Assembly: GCA_945865415.1 (NCBI GenBank)
Contig: CAMBFY010000001.1
Coordinates: 1-55,895, forward strand
Direction of reading: 5' to 3'
From: Sphingobacterium thalpophilum
GTDB lineage: Bacteria > Bacteroidota > Bacteroidia > Sphingobacteriales > Sphingobacteriaceae
Length of the DNA stretch: 55,895 bases
The notes beneath the pieces were generated by a model. It made no database searches. It saw nothing but the letters and a program-made list of their open reading frames with translations, and was not told the DNA's origin. Positions 9,087-19,386 of the stretch are shown piece by piece; position 1 is the first letter of the stretch, and every line of letters begins with the position of its first letter. Made by a program: the position numbers and the translations under genes.

Positions 9087-9164
9087 TGTAGTATTGAATA
9101 ATGAGTATTGAGTAATAAGTACTGGACAATTTGGGTAAAATATACTTTTTTGTATCTCGAATTT

Positions 9165-9692
9165 TCAACTGTCAACTGTCAACTTCCTCCTTATCCTCTT
9201 CAGTTGCCTTGTATGATGTACGGTATGCACTTCAATAAATCTTAACCATTCCGTAGCATTCAGCAGCCCTAGCCGGGGATGTTTAGTCTTTTGATAAGAA
9301 TTTGCATTGCTTACATTGGCTTTAATCTCCCCCAGACGGGTTTTAAATTTATTAATAAGAATAAAAGCATCCTCCTTGCTAATTTTTGTCGTCATTGCGG
9401 CAATTTTTTCAGGTGCTTTTAACTTTACAGGGGGGAATCTTCCAAAAAATAGAATAAGCCATGCAAGCCAGTGTATCTGCTTGCGGTTTGTAGACCCTAT
9501 GCCTGCAATGCATTTCTCAATCGCAAGGAGTGAAAGCAGGTTGGACTGGAAAATATGAGAATATGTTTCTGAATAGGACCATCCGCCGTCATCAGGTCTT
9601 TGAATAAAGTCTTCTTCCGACACCTCTGACAAAAGATTTTCATATTGCGATACTGCTCTCAATAAGGATTTGTAATTTGCTTCAATACTCAT
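9165..9692 (-). CDS. DinB family protein
   Basis: WSYSETYSH, HPRLG, EWLRFIEVHTVHH..Q metal-binding His pattern. Confidence 0.85.
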   Translation of the reverse strand: MSIEANYKSLLRAVSQYENLLSEVSEEDFIQRPDDGGWSYSETYSHIFQSNLLSLLAIEKCIAGIGSTNRKQIHWLAWLILFFGRFPPVKLKAPEKIAAMTTKISKEDAFILINKFKTRLGEIKANVSNANSYQKTKHPRLGLLNATEWLRFIEVHTVHHTRQLKRIRRKLTVDS

Positions 9693-10384
9693 AAAAGAAT
9701 CATAAGTTCACTTAAACAGTTTATCTCGTGTTGTACATCTTCAGGTTTTAGCTTTCTTTCCGGATTAAAATAAATAGCCTTCATGCCATAATCCTGCGCC
9801 CCACGAATATCGGCTTCAAGGCTATCACCAATCATGATACTTTCTGCAATATCGGCATTAGCTAAAGTTAATGCATGACTAAAGATAGCTTTATCTGGTT
9901 TATTAAAACCCACCACTTCTGAAATGACAACATTTTCGAAATAAACATCAAGACCGTTATTGTTTACCTTTTGTTCTGTGGATTCCTTGAATCCATTTGA
10001 TATGAGATGCAATGAATACTTTTCTTTGAGGTAAGAAAGGGTTTCATGGGCTTTGGGGAATAAGTTGGTTTTTGACGGACAAATATTAACATAATCATCT
10101 TCAAACCGACTAGGTATTAGCTCAGGTGAAAGACCGAGGTCAAGGAATGTTTTCGAGAATCTTGTTTCCCTGAGTTTTTGCTTTGTGATTTTACCGACAT
10201 GGTAATCTGCCCAGAGCTGATGATTATTTTGAGTATAAACCTCAATAAAATGATCAGGAGAAAGCAAGCCAAGATCCCTGAGTTTATAGGTATGATAAAG
10301 TTCACTCAGCGTCTCTTCTGCGTTTTTATCAAAGTCCCATATTGTATGATCAAGATCGAAAAAAAGATGTTTATATGGCATCAA
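9689..10384 (-). CDS. YjjG-family noncanonical pyrimidine nucleotidase (HAD)
   Basis: FDLDHTIWDF, ISNGF, KPD, MIGDSLEADIRGA. Confidence 0.9.
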   Translation of the reverse strand: MMPYKHLFFDLDHTIWDFDKNAEETLSELYHTYKLRDLGLLSPDHFIEVYTQNNHQLWADYHVGKITKQKLRETRFSKTFLDLGLSPELIPSRFEDDYVNICPSKTNLFPKAHETLSYLKEKYSLHLISNGFKESTEQKVNNNGLDVYFENVVISEVVGFNKPDKAIFSHALTLANADIAESIMIGDSLEADIRGAQDYGMKAIYFNPERKLKPEDVQHEINCLSELMILL

Positions 10385-10464
10385 AACTAATTTCTAAAAT
10401 TATAATGCAAATTAACGTATAATATACGAAATCAGACCGTCAATCCTAAAATCATAAACAGCAT

Positions 10465-10686
10465 TTATTCTTTAATACCGAAATATAAATCACCTGCATC
10501 GCCTAGTCCGGGAACTATATAGGATTTTGTGGTCAGTTCTTTATCCACAGAGCCGATCCAAAGTTTAGCTTTGGCAAGATTTGCCTTGATGTGCTCAATA
10601 CCAATCTTACAGGCAATAACTCCCACAATATGCAACTCTTTGATTTTGTATTTAGCCAACAATTCTCTACAGCATCGAACAGAGCA
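10465..10686 (-). pseudogene. upp: Uracil phosphoribosyltransferase remnant (C-terminal ~70 aa only)
   Basis: VDKELTTKSYIVPGLGDAGDLYFG is the UPRTase C-terminus. The PRPP-binding DPMLATG motif and N-terminal two-thirds are absent, replaced by an 8-mer repeat tract. Confidence 0.8.
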
Positions 10687-10805
10687 GCAATTACCAATCG
10701 CCAAATGGACAAATGAGCTCATTGCTAAATGGCACTCCATTTGCTAGTTTACTCATTTGCTCATTCTCTAATTAAACCACTTCTTTATTATCTTTACCCC
10801 ACCCT

Positions 10806-12836
10806 ATGGAATTCAATCTCACCTCAGAATATCAACCCAGCGGCGACCAGCCGGAAGCGATAAGGCAATTAGTTGAGGGCGTAAATGCCGGGGAGCATTA
10901 TCAGACCTTGCTGGGGGTGACTGGTTCAGGTAAAACATTTACGATCGCCAACTTGGTGCAGCAAACGCAAAAGCCTATGCTGGTACTTAGCCACAATAAA
11001 ACCCTTGCAGCACAGCTTTACGGTGAATTCAAACAATTCTTTCCGGAGAATGCGGTGAATTACTTTGTATCCTATTATGATTATTATCAGCCGGAAGCCT
11101 ATATAGCTTCATCCAATACTTATATCGAGAAAGATCTTCAGATTAATGAGGAGATTGAAAAACTAAGGCTACGGACTACCTCCTCCCTGATGTCTGGCAG
11201 ACGGGATATTATCGTAGTTTCATCCATTTCCTGTATTTATGGTATGGGGAATCCCGAGGATTTTTCAAATTCTATATTCCGCTTTGCAGTGGGTACCAAA
11301 ATCAGTCGGAATGCTTTTCTGCATCGTCTGGTTGAAATTCTTTATTCCAGAACAACAGTTGATTTTCGTCGCGGGACATTCAGGGTGAAGGGTGACACTG
11401 TAGATATCTACCCCGCCTACATGGACTTTGCCTACCGGGTATCTTTTTATGGAGACGATATTGAAGAACTAAGCACAATTGATCCGGCATCAGGAAAAAC
11501 ATTGGAGAAAATGGATCATCTGGCTGTTTTTCCTGCTAATTTATTTGTCACCCCAAAAGACCGGCTAACCCAATCTATCTGGGCTATTCAGGAAGAACTG
11601 GAAAGTCGAAAACAGCAGTTTTTGGACGAGAAACGATTCCTGGAAGCTAAAAGACTGGAAGAACGGGTCAATTATGACCTGGAAATGATTCGTGAATTAG
11701 GTTATTGTAGCGGAATTGAAAATTACTCCCGCTTTTTTGATGGAAGAACTCCGGGTATGCGACCGTTTTGCCTGCTGGATTATTTCCCGGATGATTATCT
11801 GATGGTAATAGACGAAAGTCATGTAACCGTTCCACAAATCCGGGCAATGTACGGGGGCGACCGCTCCAGAAAAATCTCTCTGGTAGATTATGGTTTCCGT
11901 TTGCCGGCAGCACTGGACAACCGTCCCCTAAACTTTAATGAATTTGAAAAACTTGCCCCACAGACCATTTATGTAAGTGCCACTCCGGGTGATTACGAAC
12001 TGGAGCAAACTGAAGGGGTATTTATTGAGCAGGTGATCCGGCCTACGGGACTATTGGATCCGGAAATTGAGATTCGGCCTGTGGTAAATCAGGTTGACGA
12101 CCTGCTTGATGAGATCGACAAAACAGTCAAACTTGGTGATAGAATACTTGTTACTACCCTGACCAAACGGATGTCCGAGGAGCTGACAAAATACATGAAC
12201 CGTCTTGGAATTAAGGTAAGATATATTCACTCGGAGGTAAAAACCATGGAAAGAGTTGAAATTCTACGTGACCTTAGACTGGGTGTAATTGATGTTCTGA
12301 TTGGGATAAACCTACTTCGTGAGGGCCTTGATCTTCCTGAAGTATCATTAGTAGCCATTCTGGATGCTGATAAAGAAGGCTTCCTTCGCTCTGAACGATC
12401 TTTGATACAAACAATTGGACGCGCGGCCCGAAATGACCGTGGAAGGGTGATCATGTATGCCGATAAAATCACAAACAGTATGCGTGTCACCATTGAAGAA
12501 ACTAATCGAAGAAGAGAGAAACAGGTTGCATACAATACCAAACATGGTATCACGCCAAGGACAGTCGGAAAATCACGTGAAGCCATCATTGAGCAGACTT
12601 CGGTTATGGATTTTAAAGGGGGCGTCCAGAAAGCTTATATCGAAAAGGAAATGACCGATAATCTGGCGGCTGATCCAATCGTTCAATACATGACCAAACC
12701 TGAATTACAAAAATCCATAGATAAAACGAAAAAAGATATGGCCCTGGCAGCGAAAGAAATGGATTTCCTTTTGGCAGCCAAATTAAGGGACGAGATGTTT
12801 GCATTGGAGAAATTAATGAAGGAGAGGTTTAAATAA
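10806..12836 (+). CDS. uvrB: Excinuclease ABC subunit B
   Basis: GVTGSGKT, HNKTLAAQLY, FVSYYDYYQPEAY, IDESH, GRAARN, C-terminal UVR domain. Confidence 0.98.
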   Translation: MEFNLTSEYQPSGDQPEAIRQLVEGVNAGEHYQTLLGVTGSGKTFTIANLVQQTQKPMLVLSHNKTLAAQLYGEFKQFFPENAVNYFVSYYDYYQPEAYIASSNTYIEKDLQINEEIEKLRLRTTSSLMSGRRDIIVVSSISCIYGMGNPEDFSNSIFRFAVGTKISRNAFLHRLVEILYSRTTVDFRRGTFRVKGDTVDIYPAYMDFAYRVSFYGDDIEELSTIDPASGKTLEKMDHLAVFPANLFVTPKDRLTQSIWAIQEELESRKQQFLDEKRFLEAKRLEERVNYDLEMIRELGYCSGIENYSRFFDGRTPGMRPFCLLDYFPDDYLMVIDESHVTVPQIRAMYGGDRSRKISLVDYGFRLPAALDNRPLNFNEFEKLAPQTIYVSATPGDYELEQTEGVFIEQVIRPTGLLDPEIEIRPVVNQVDDLLDEIDKTVKLGDRILVTTLTKRMSEELTKYMNRLGIKVRYIHSEVKTMERVEILRDLRLGVIDVLIGINLLREGLDLPEVSLVAILDADKEGFLRSERSLIQTIGRAARNDRGRVIMYADKITNSMRVTIEETNRRREKQVAYNTKHGITPRTVGKSREAIIEQTSVMDFKGGVQKAYIEKEMTDNLAADPIVQYMTKPELQKSIDKTKKDMALAAKEMDFLLAAKLRDEMFALEKLMKERFK

Positions 12837-13006
12837 TGGACAGTTGACAATTAAGAATGAAAATATTACTTCAATTGATTTTTAGTACTACTTTACTGAT
12901 GAGAGGTAACCAATAAGAACTAATTGAGAGAAGAGAATTAACGGACAGTGTACTACCTAAACAAATTGTCAATTGTCAACTATTAATTGTCAACTATCAT
13001 CTAATT

Positions 13007-13201
13007 ATGGAAGGCAAAAACAGAAAAGACATTTATCCCGGACTGCAGGTTGATATTATCCTTAAAAAAGACCAACGCAGCGGAATGCGTACCAGCGGAA
13101 TTGTTCAGGCACTACTCACCAGTTCAGCTTTTCATTCCAGAGGAATCAAAGTGAGACTTGAGGACGGTCAAGTGGGCAGAGTAATAGAAATATTTAATTG
13201 A
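13007..13201 (+). CDS. YwbE family protein (DUF2196)
   Basis: IILKKDQRSG, HSRGIKVRLEDGQVGRV. Confidence 0.9.
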   Translation: MEGKNRKDIYPGLQVDIILKKDQRSGMRTSGIVQALLTSSAFHSRGIKVRLEDGQVGRVIEIFN

Positions 13202-13314
13202 TTTTCTAATACTTTTAGTCTGTTTATCTCGTATCTGTGCAATCTTGTCTCTATACTCAATACTATTTATTAAGTACTTAAATCAGTAACTCCATTGTAA
13301 CATTTACTCCTTAT

Positions 13315-13348
13315 TGAAACATTTAAAAAAAATTAACGTCTATATTTG
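13315..13348 (+). promoter_or_regulatory. ECF-sigma-type promoter adjoining a primary-sigma -7 element
   Basis: TGAAAC-N16-CGTC (13315-13340) immediately followed by TATATTTG (13341-13348), 19 bp before the ATG at 13368. Confidence 0.5.
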
Positions 13349-13367
13349 AGTATTATATTTTGTTATT

Positions 13368-13622
13368 ATGGGGATTTTAAAGTTTTTATTCATAACCATT
13401 TGTATTCTCTGGCTAATCAAAATGATAGCCCGCGTGCTTTTGCCGATCGCATTTCAAAAAATTATAACAAAAGCACAAAATCAGGCTAATCAACGTTATC
13501 AGCAACAGCATAACCAACATCCTGATGGCCGTATCCGTGTAGATTATATGCCGCCGAAAGAAAAAAATCGTGGTGATCAGGCTGGTGATTTTGTGGAATA
13601 TGAGGAAGTAAAAAACCCATAG
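13368..13622 (+). CDS. DUF4834 family small membrane protein
   Basis: N-terminal TM, Q-rich linker, C-terminal GDFVEYEEVK; precedes YfhO. Confidence 0.8.
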   Translation: MGILKFLFITICILWLIKMIARVLLPIAFQKIITKAQNQANQRYQQQHNQHPDGRIRVDYMPPKEKNRGDQAGDFVEYEEVKNP

Positions 13623-13763
13623 TTCCATTTTAATCCGATCAATTTTCTATTTCCTGTTTAGTTTACATGCTTTTTCTGCTGTAAATTTTGCCCGGATTTA
13701 CCGATTATTGAGATTTATTTTCATAAAGCTCAATAACAGGCCTTGCAGGTTTAAGCTTTTTTC

Positions 13764-13771
13764 TATTTTTG
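13764..13771 (+). promoter_or_regulatory. Bacteroidota primary-sigma -7 element
   Basis: TATTTTTG matches TAnnTTTG, 22 bp before the ATG at 13794. Confidence 0.5.
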
Positions 13772-13793
13772 GCATTCAACTAATTTATGCAGA

Positions 13794-16286
13794 ATGAATA
13801 ACTGGTTTAAAAGCAATGGAGTGCATCTGGCAATTATAGGAATATTTATCTCCTTATGTTTTGTCTATTTCAGTCCGGCATTGCAAGGTAAAGCCCTCTA
13901 TCAGAGCGATGTTCTTATGGCTCAGGGGATGCAAAAAGAAATTATGGATGTTAGGGCAAAGGATGGTAAAGGACCATTATGGACCAATTCCATGTTTGGC
14001 GGTATGCCTGCATTTCAAATATGGGTTCAATATCCAAACAATGTTACCACCTATGTCATCTCTTTTTTTAAAACAGTATTCCCAAATCCAATTGATACCG
14101 TTCTTCTTTATCTTTTAGGAGCATATTTGTTATTCTGCGTTTTAAGAATGAACCCATGGCTTGCAGCTGCAGGCGCTATTGCATTTGCATTCTCCTCCTA
14201 TAATTTCCAGATTATTGATGCCGGTCATAGCAATAAGGCAATGGCTATCGCATTTTTTCCTCCTATTCTTGCGGGAATTATAATGACTTTTCGCAGGCAA
14301 TACCTTCTTGGGGCTGTCTTAACAGCTTTATTTCTTGCTATTGAGATCAGAACCAACCATATTCAGATGACCTATTATCTGTTTATTGCCTTGCTTATTT
14401 ATGTTGGAATAGAACTATATCATGCGGTTAAAACTAAAACCACTCAGGATTTTCTGAAATCTTTTGGATACCTGGCTGCAGCAGCTCTGCTTGCAATTGC
14501 AGTGAATGCAGGGATGCTGTGGACAACATATGAATACGGCGCCGAAACTATCCGGGGAAAATCAAATTTAAAAACTGAAAAGTCGGAGCCTAATAATGGC
14601 CTTGATCGTGAATATGCATATCAATGGAGTCAGGGACTTGGTGAAAGTTTAACATTTCTGGTACCAAATGCCTATGGAGGTGCATCCGGTTCAGGTAATC
14701 TGGATGAGAATTCAGAAGTTGCAAAAGCCCTTTCTACCAAAGGTATTCCTGCAGAGCAGCTAATGCCAGCAATGCAGCAATTATCACAGATTGGGCTAAG
14801 TACCTACTGGGGCGATAAACAATTCACCTCAGGACCATGGTATTTTGGAGCAAGTATCTGCTTCCTGTTTGTTCTTGGTTTATTCATTGTAAAAAACAGA
14901 ATAAAATGGTGGATTCTGAGTGCAAGTCTTTTGTGTCTTCTGCTCTCTTTTGGAAGGCATTTACCTTTCCTTTCAGATCTTTTCTTTGACTATTTTCCGC
15001 TCTACAATAAATTTAGAGCCGTAGAGTCTATCCTGGTTATTACTGCGTTTCTAATTCCTGTATTGGCCATTCTTGCTGTAAAAGAAGTTGCATTCCATAC
15101 CGAGGATCCTAAAAAACTGAACAAAAGCCTTTTGAATAGTTTATATATCACCGGAGGTCTTTTAATAATCCTAATTGCAGTTCCAACTGTCTTACTGGAC
15201 TTTAAAACACAGAACCATAATGCGTTTATAGAACAATTAACTCAGGTAACTAATGGAGACCGGGCATTTGCTGATTCTATAGCTAAAGCATTGGTAGATG
15301 ACAGAATAAGTCTGGCCAGAATGGATGCTTTAAGATCTCTTTTCTTTGTTCTGATTGGAGCCGGATTAATATGGGCATTGATCAGAAAGAAAATGAATCC
15401 TCAGGTAACATTTATAATTTTAGCTGGAGTGATTTTGACAGATATGTGGAATATAGACAGACGATATCTGAATAATGAAAAATTTGTTGAGAAAAATATT
15501 CTTGCTCAACAATTTAAAACAAGGGATGTAGATCAAATTATTCAAAGAGATGGATCAATTTATCGTGTCCTTGATCTTGCCTCTGGAAATCCATTTTCAA
15601 ATTCAATCCCTTCCTACTTCCATAAAAGCATTGGAGGTTATCATGCAGCAAAATTGAAAAGATATCAGGAAGTGTTGGATAAACAATTCAATGGAGCAAT
15701 CAATGAGGACGTTCTGGATATGCTGAATACAAAATATTTGATCACCTCAGATCAAAATGGCGAGAAAGAAACCATGGTAAACCGTTCCACTGCTGCAGGA
15801 AATGCCTGGTTTGTTCAGGATGTGGAATATGTAAAAAGTGCTGACGAGGAAATGTTGGCAATCAGCAGCTTCGATCCAAAAAAGGTAATGGTTGTACATG
15901 AAGAGTTTAAGCCGTTAATTGATATAAAAAAGGTTGGATATGATGGAAATGCTTTCATCAGACTTACAAATTATCATCCCGATCATATGACCTATGAATA
16001 CTCCTCAGGAAGAGATGTGCTTGCCGTATTTTCAGAGATCTGGTATGAAAAAGGATGGAATGCGTATTTAGACGGGGAAAAAATTCCTTATTTCAGAGCT
16101 GATTACCTTTTAAGAGCCGCCCAACTGCCCGGTGGAAATCACAAACTCGAATTCAAATTCGAACCTACTTCCTATTACACTGGTGAAATGATATCGCTGA
16201 TTGCTTCTATCCTGCTTATTCTGGGTTTGGCTTATGCGATCTACACCGAAATGAAAAGTAAAAATCCAGAGCCAGCAAAAGCTTAA
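13794..16286 (+). CDS. YfhO family membrane protein (GT-C-type glycosyltransferase)
   Basis: WTNSMFGGMP, NHIQMTYY, YNKFRA, GGYHAAKL, FSEIWY..GWNAY; many TMs. Confidence 0.9.
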   Translation: MNNWFKSNGVHLAIIGIFISLCFVYFSPALQGKALYQSDVLMAQGMQKEIMDVRAKDGKGPLWTNSMFGGMPAFQIWVQYPNNVTTYVISFFKTVFPNPIDTVLLYLLGAYLLFCVLRMNPWLAAAGAIAFAFSSYNFQIIDAGHSNKAMAIAFFPPILAGIIMTFRRQYLLGAVLTALFLAIEIRTNHIQMTYYLFIALLIYVGIELYHAVKTKTTQDFLKSFGYLAAAALLAIAVNAGMLWTTYEYGAETIRGKSNLKTEKSEPNNGLDREYAYQWSQGLGESLTFLVPNAYGGASGSGNLDENSEVAKALSTKGIPAEQLMPAMQQLSQIGLSTYWGDKQFTSGPWYFGASICFLFVLGLFIVKNRIKWWILSASLLCLLLSFGRHLPFLSDLFFDYFPLYNKFRAVESILVITAFLIPVLAILAVKEVAFHTEDPKKLNKSLLNSLYITGGLLIILIAVPTVLLDFKTQNHNAFIEQLTQVTNGDRAFADSIAKALVDDRISLARMDALRSLFFVLIGAGLIWALIRKKMNPQVTFIILAGVILTDMWNIDRRYLNNEKFVEKNILAQQFKTRDVDQIIQRDGSIYRVLDLASGNPFSNSIPSYFHKSIGGYHAAKLKRYQEVLDKQFNGAINEDVLDMLNTKYLITSDQNGEKETMVNRSTAAGNAWFVQDVEYVKSADEEMLAISSFDPKKVMVVHEEFKPLIDIKKVGYDGNAFIRLTNYHPDHMTYEYSSGRDVLAVFSEIWYEKGWNAYLDGEKIPYFRADYLLRAAQLPGGNHKLEFKFEPTSYYTGEMISLIASILLILGLAYAIYTEMKSKNPEPAKA

Positions 16287-16290
16287 TCCA

Positions 16291-16446
16291 GTCATTTTGA
16301 TGAGCGAACTCAATTGTTGTCTTTTAATAGATAAGTAAATGCGAAGAGAAATCTGATGATCAAAAGTAACCATAGCATCAACAGATTTCTCCACAAGGCA
16401 AATTACAAGCTTAAGAAGAAGATACTATTGATGTGTTCGAAATGAC
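16291..16446. repeat. REP doublet (REPIN-like) between convergent genes
   Basis: GTCATTTTGA...GAGAAATCTG faces CAGATTTCTC...TCGAAATGAC in inverted orientation. Confidence 0.7.
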
Positions 16447-16490
16447 GGGACGTAAAACTTACAACTTATTACTTACAACCTACAACTCCT

Positions 16491-17243
16491 CTAGTCATTC
16501 GTCCTTCTATGTTTCAGGTAATAAAACGCTAACCTGCTTGCTATAACAGCATGGTTAAAAACATTGGGGATTAGACCATAATATTTCGAAAAAATATGGA
16601 ACCGCTCAATTAAACTCTCACGATGCTTCTTTTTTGACATTCCACCAACCAGATACTTTGCAACATAAATCCTTGAATTAACAATCTTTGCAGCCTTTTT
16701 AGCTGCCTTAATGATCCAATCAATATCTGAACTCAATTTATATTGAGTATCATAAGGCTCAACCAAGGATTTACGGATATAAATAGCCTGATGACTAATA
16801 CTCATCCCATACTTAAAGTCTTTCCAGATAAAATTTTCAGGTGCTTTATGCCTCCTTTGTCCCAGACTTTTCCAATCTTCATTATACATCTCAGTCTCCC
16901 CATAATAGATGTCCGCATCAGGAGCAGAGGCAAATACCTTTTCAACAGTATCAAAATCAAAGATTTCATCGCCTGAATTCATGAACAAAATATAATCACC
17001 GCTGGCCAGTGCCAGTCCTTTGTTCATAGCATCATAAATACCTTTGTCCGTTTCAGAAATTAGCTTAGATATTCCTTCTTTATATTTTTTCAGGATCTCC
17101 AGTGTTCCATCTACAGAAGCACCATCAATTACAAGATATTCAATGTTTGGGTAAGTTTGGTTCAATACCGATAGAACCGTGCGTTCAATACCCCGTACAT
17201 TATTATACACAATGGTAATTACCGTTAATTTAGGCTGGAACAT
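16491..17243 (-). CDS. Glycosyltransferase family 2 (WcaE-like); start reassigned to ATG 17243
   Basis: ITIVYN, IDGASVDGT, DKGIYDAMNKG, FMNSGD, HQA. The ORF-track start overlaps the upstream gene. Confidence 0.9.
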   Translation of the reverse strand: MFQPKLTVITIVYNNVRGIERTVLSVLNQTYPNIEYLVIDGASVDGTLEILKKYKEGISKLISETDKGIYDAMNKGLALASGDYILFMNSGDEIFDFDTVEKVFASAPDADIYYGETEMYNEDWKSLGQRRHKAPENFIWKDFKYGMSISHQAIYIRKSLVEPYDTQYKLSSDIDWIIKAAKKAAKIVNSRIYVAKYLVGGMSKKKHRESLIERFHIFSKYYGLIPNVFNHAVIASRLAFYYLKHRRTND

Positions 17244-18501
17244 GATTTTTAAGCAATGATTCGTATAATTCGATATGTCTGCGTGCAATGATATGTTCAG
17301 AAAAATGATCTTCAATTGTTTTGCGGGAGTTTGCTCTCAATACCTGGCGATTTGCTGAATAAACCCATGCAATTCCTCGAGCAAGATCTGCAGAAGAACG
17401 GTATTCAGCCAGATAACCATTTTGCTGATGCTGAACCATATCCGGGATACCACCAGTTCTGAATGCAACTACCGGGGTACCACATGCCAAACTCTCCATC
17501 ACAGTGTTTGGGAGATTATCTTCAAGTGAGGGAGCTAAAAAAACATCAGCTACACTGTAACATAAAGCCAGTTTTTCATCATCAGAAATCGTACCTAGAA
17601 AGGTAGTTTTGATTGGGAAATCAGGGATGTTCTTCTCGTCTCTGTTACCAAAAATGATCAATTCCATCTGATCAGGGTCAAGATCATAGTTAGCAACATA
17701 AATTTCTATTGCATCTACTAAATAGCTAGTCCCTTTATGCATGTCCAAACGGGATGGCATAAAACCGCTCATCATAATGAATTTTCCAGTTTCAAAGCCC
17801 AATACATGTCTGGCCGAACCTTTATCAGCTGGCCTGAAAATATCCGTATCCAGCGTGTTCGGAATATTCACAACTTTAGCCGATCTAAACAAACTGCTCA
17901 TCCGAACTGAATCAGCCATCCATCTTCCAGGCGCAATTACGGTAAAATTCAGTCCTGAATAGGCGTTTTTCTTTTGAATCCAGATTTTATGAGACTCGTC
18001 GTCAGAACCAGAATTCTTCAGTACCGGACAATGACCACACTCCTTCAGAAAATGATCACATTCATATCGCACATGGCATCCGCCGGTAAAGGCATTGCTG
18101 TCATGGAAAGTCCATACGATAGGTTTTTTCAAAGCTGACAATTTTGCGAGATCTGCAGGCCTTAAGAAGGCATGATTGATCCAGTGCAGATGAATGATAT
18201 CAGCTGAACCAAGTAATTCAAGCTTTGAGACATCTCTACCCCATAGCGGAAATGAAAAAGGTATCGGCAGTGGCTTGGTAAAGAACTTAGAATAATATCG
18301 CTCGACGAGGATTCCAAAGACTGTAATCCATCTATTGAAAAAACCTTTGGATAGATTGACTGCTTCGGGATTATCCTTGAACAGAAAATTAATCGCCAGC
18401 ACAGAGTCCAACCCCTCTGCTTTCAAGGCTTTATTCAGGCGCAAACAAGCACGTCCGGCACCGCCGTTTCCAGCATATGAATTCAGATGGATAATTCTCA
18501 C
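17230..18501 (-). CDS. Glycosyltransferase family 4 (WcaC-like); probable GTG start at 18501
   Basis: GGAGRA, DIIHLHW, WTFHD..FTGGCH, EDNLPNTVMESLACGTPV; TATTTTTG 5 nt upstream of the GTG. Confidence 0.9.
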   Translation of the reverse strand: MRIIHLNSYAGNGGAGRACLRLNKALKAEGLDSVLAINFLFKDNPEAVNLSKGFFNRWITVFGILVERYYSKFFTKPLPIPFSFPLWGRDVSKLELLGSADIIHLHWINHAFLRPADLAKLSALKKPIVWTFHDSNAFTGGCHVRYECDHFLKECGHCPVLKNSGSDDESHKIWIQKKNAYSGLNFTVIAPGRWMADSVRMSSLFRSAKVVNIPNTLDTDIFRPADKGSARHVLGFETGKFIMMSGFMPSRLDMHKGTSYLVDAIEIYVANYDLDPDQMELIIFGNRDEKNIPDFPIKTTFLGTISDDEKLALCYSVADVFLAPSLEDNLPNTVMESLACGTPVVAFRTGGIPDMVQHQQNGYLAEYRSSADLARGIAWVYSANRQVLRANSRKTIEDHFSEHIIARRHIELYESLLKNHVPA

Positions 18502-18610
18502 TACACCAAAAATACAATTCATATCACTAACAGAAAGATTTTCATAAAACAAATTGCTTTGCCAGCAATTTTAACCAGCGTATCTAAAATTTTGTTTTCT
18601 TTGCTGATGT

Positions 18611-19357
18611 ATGGCAAATCAATTAACCGACAGGCAATTCTGGACTAACTATTGGGAATCCAAACCCGATCTGGTCATTCTGATCGAAAAGAATTACCTA
18701 TTTCATCAGCAACTGGAAGAAATAGTCAAAACAAATAAAGTTCAGACAGCTATTGAACTGGGCGGATTTCCCGGATATTATTCCATATTCCTGTATAAAT
18801 ACCTGGGAGTAAGTACTACTCTTTTCGATTATTTTATTCATCCTGATATTTTAAAAAAAGTACTAAACAAAAATGGTCTGGATGAAAGTGAGATCCCGGT
18901 GATTGAGAATGATGTTTTTCATTATCATCCTGAACAGAAATACGATCTGGTGCTTTCCTGCGGTTTGATTGAACATTTTAAGGATACCAAAGATATCATT
19001 GAACGACACCTTGAGTTTTTAAAGCCCGGGGGAACCTTATTTATTACCCTTCCCAATTTCAGAAGTGTAAATGGCTGGGTTCAAAAAACTTTCGACAGGG
19101 ATAACTACCTGAAACATTATATTGAATGCATGGATACCAAATATCTTGCAGCGATATTGGAAGAAGTCGGTATGAAATCTATAAAATCATCCTACTTTGG
19201 CCGATACAGTGTTTGGCTTGAGAATAAAGATCAAAAATCAGGAACGACCAAAGCCTTTATCAAGACCATTTGGTTCATTGGAAAGGTCTTTACTAAGCTA
19301 TTGCCAATTGAATCAAAATTCTTATCACCCTACATCGTTCTGGAGGCCCGGAAATGA
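18611..19357 (+). CDS. Class I SAM-dependent methyltransferase
   Basis: IELGGFPG, YDLVLSCGLIEHF, LKPGG. Confidence 0.85.
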   Translation: MANQLTDRQFWTNYWESKPDLVILIEKNYLFHQQLEEIVKTNKVQTAIELGGFPGYYSIFLYKYLGVSTTLFDYFIHPDILKKVLNKNGLDESEIPVIENDVFHYHPEQKYDLVLSCGLIEHFKDTKDIIERHLEFLKPGGTLFITLPNFRSVNGWVQKTFDRDNYLKHYIECMDTKYLAAILEEVGMKSIKSSYFGRYSVWLENKDQKSGTTKAFIKTIWFIGKVFTKLLPIESKFLSPYIVLEARK

Positions 19358-19386
19358 TTGTTTTATCTGAAAAAACTTAATTTATC

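Noticed and set aside
10687-10747. N-terminus of the 91-aa ORF 10465-10740 and antisense ORF 10529-10747
   Set aside because: Derived from the octamer tract or a shadow of the upp remnant.
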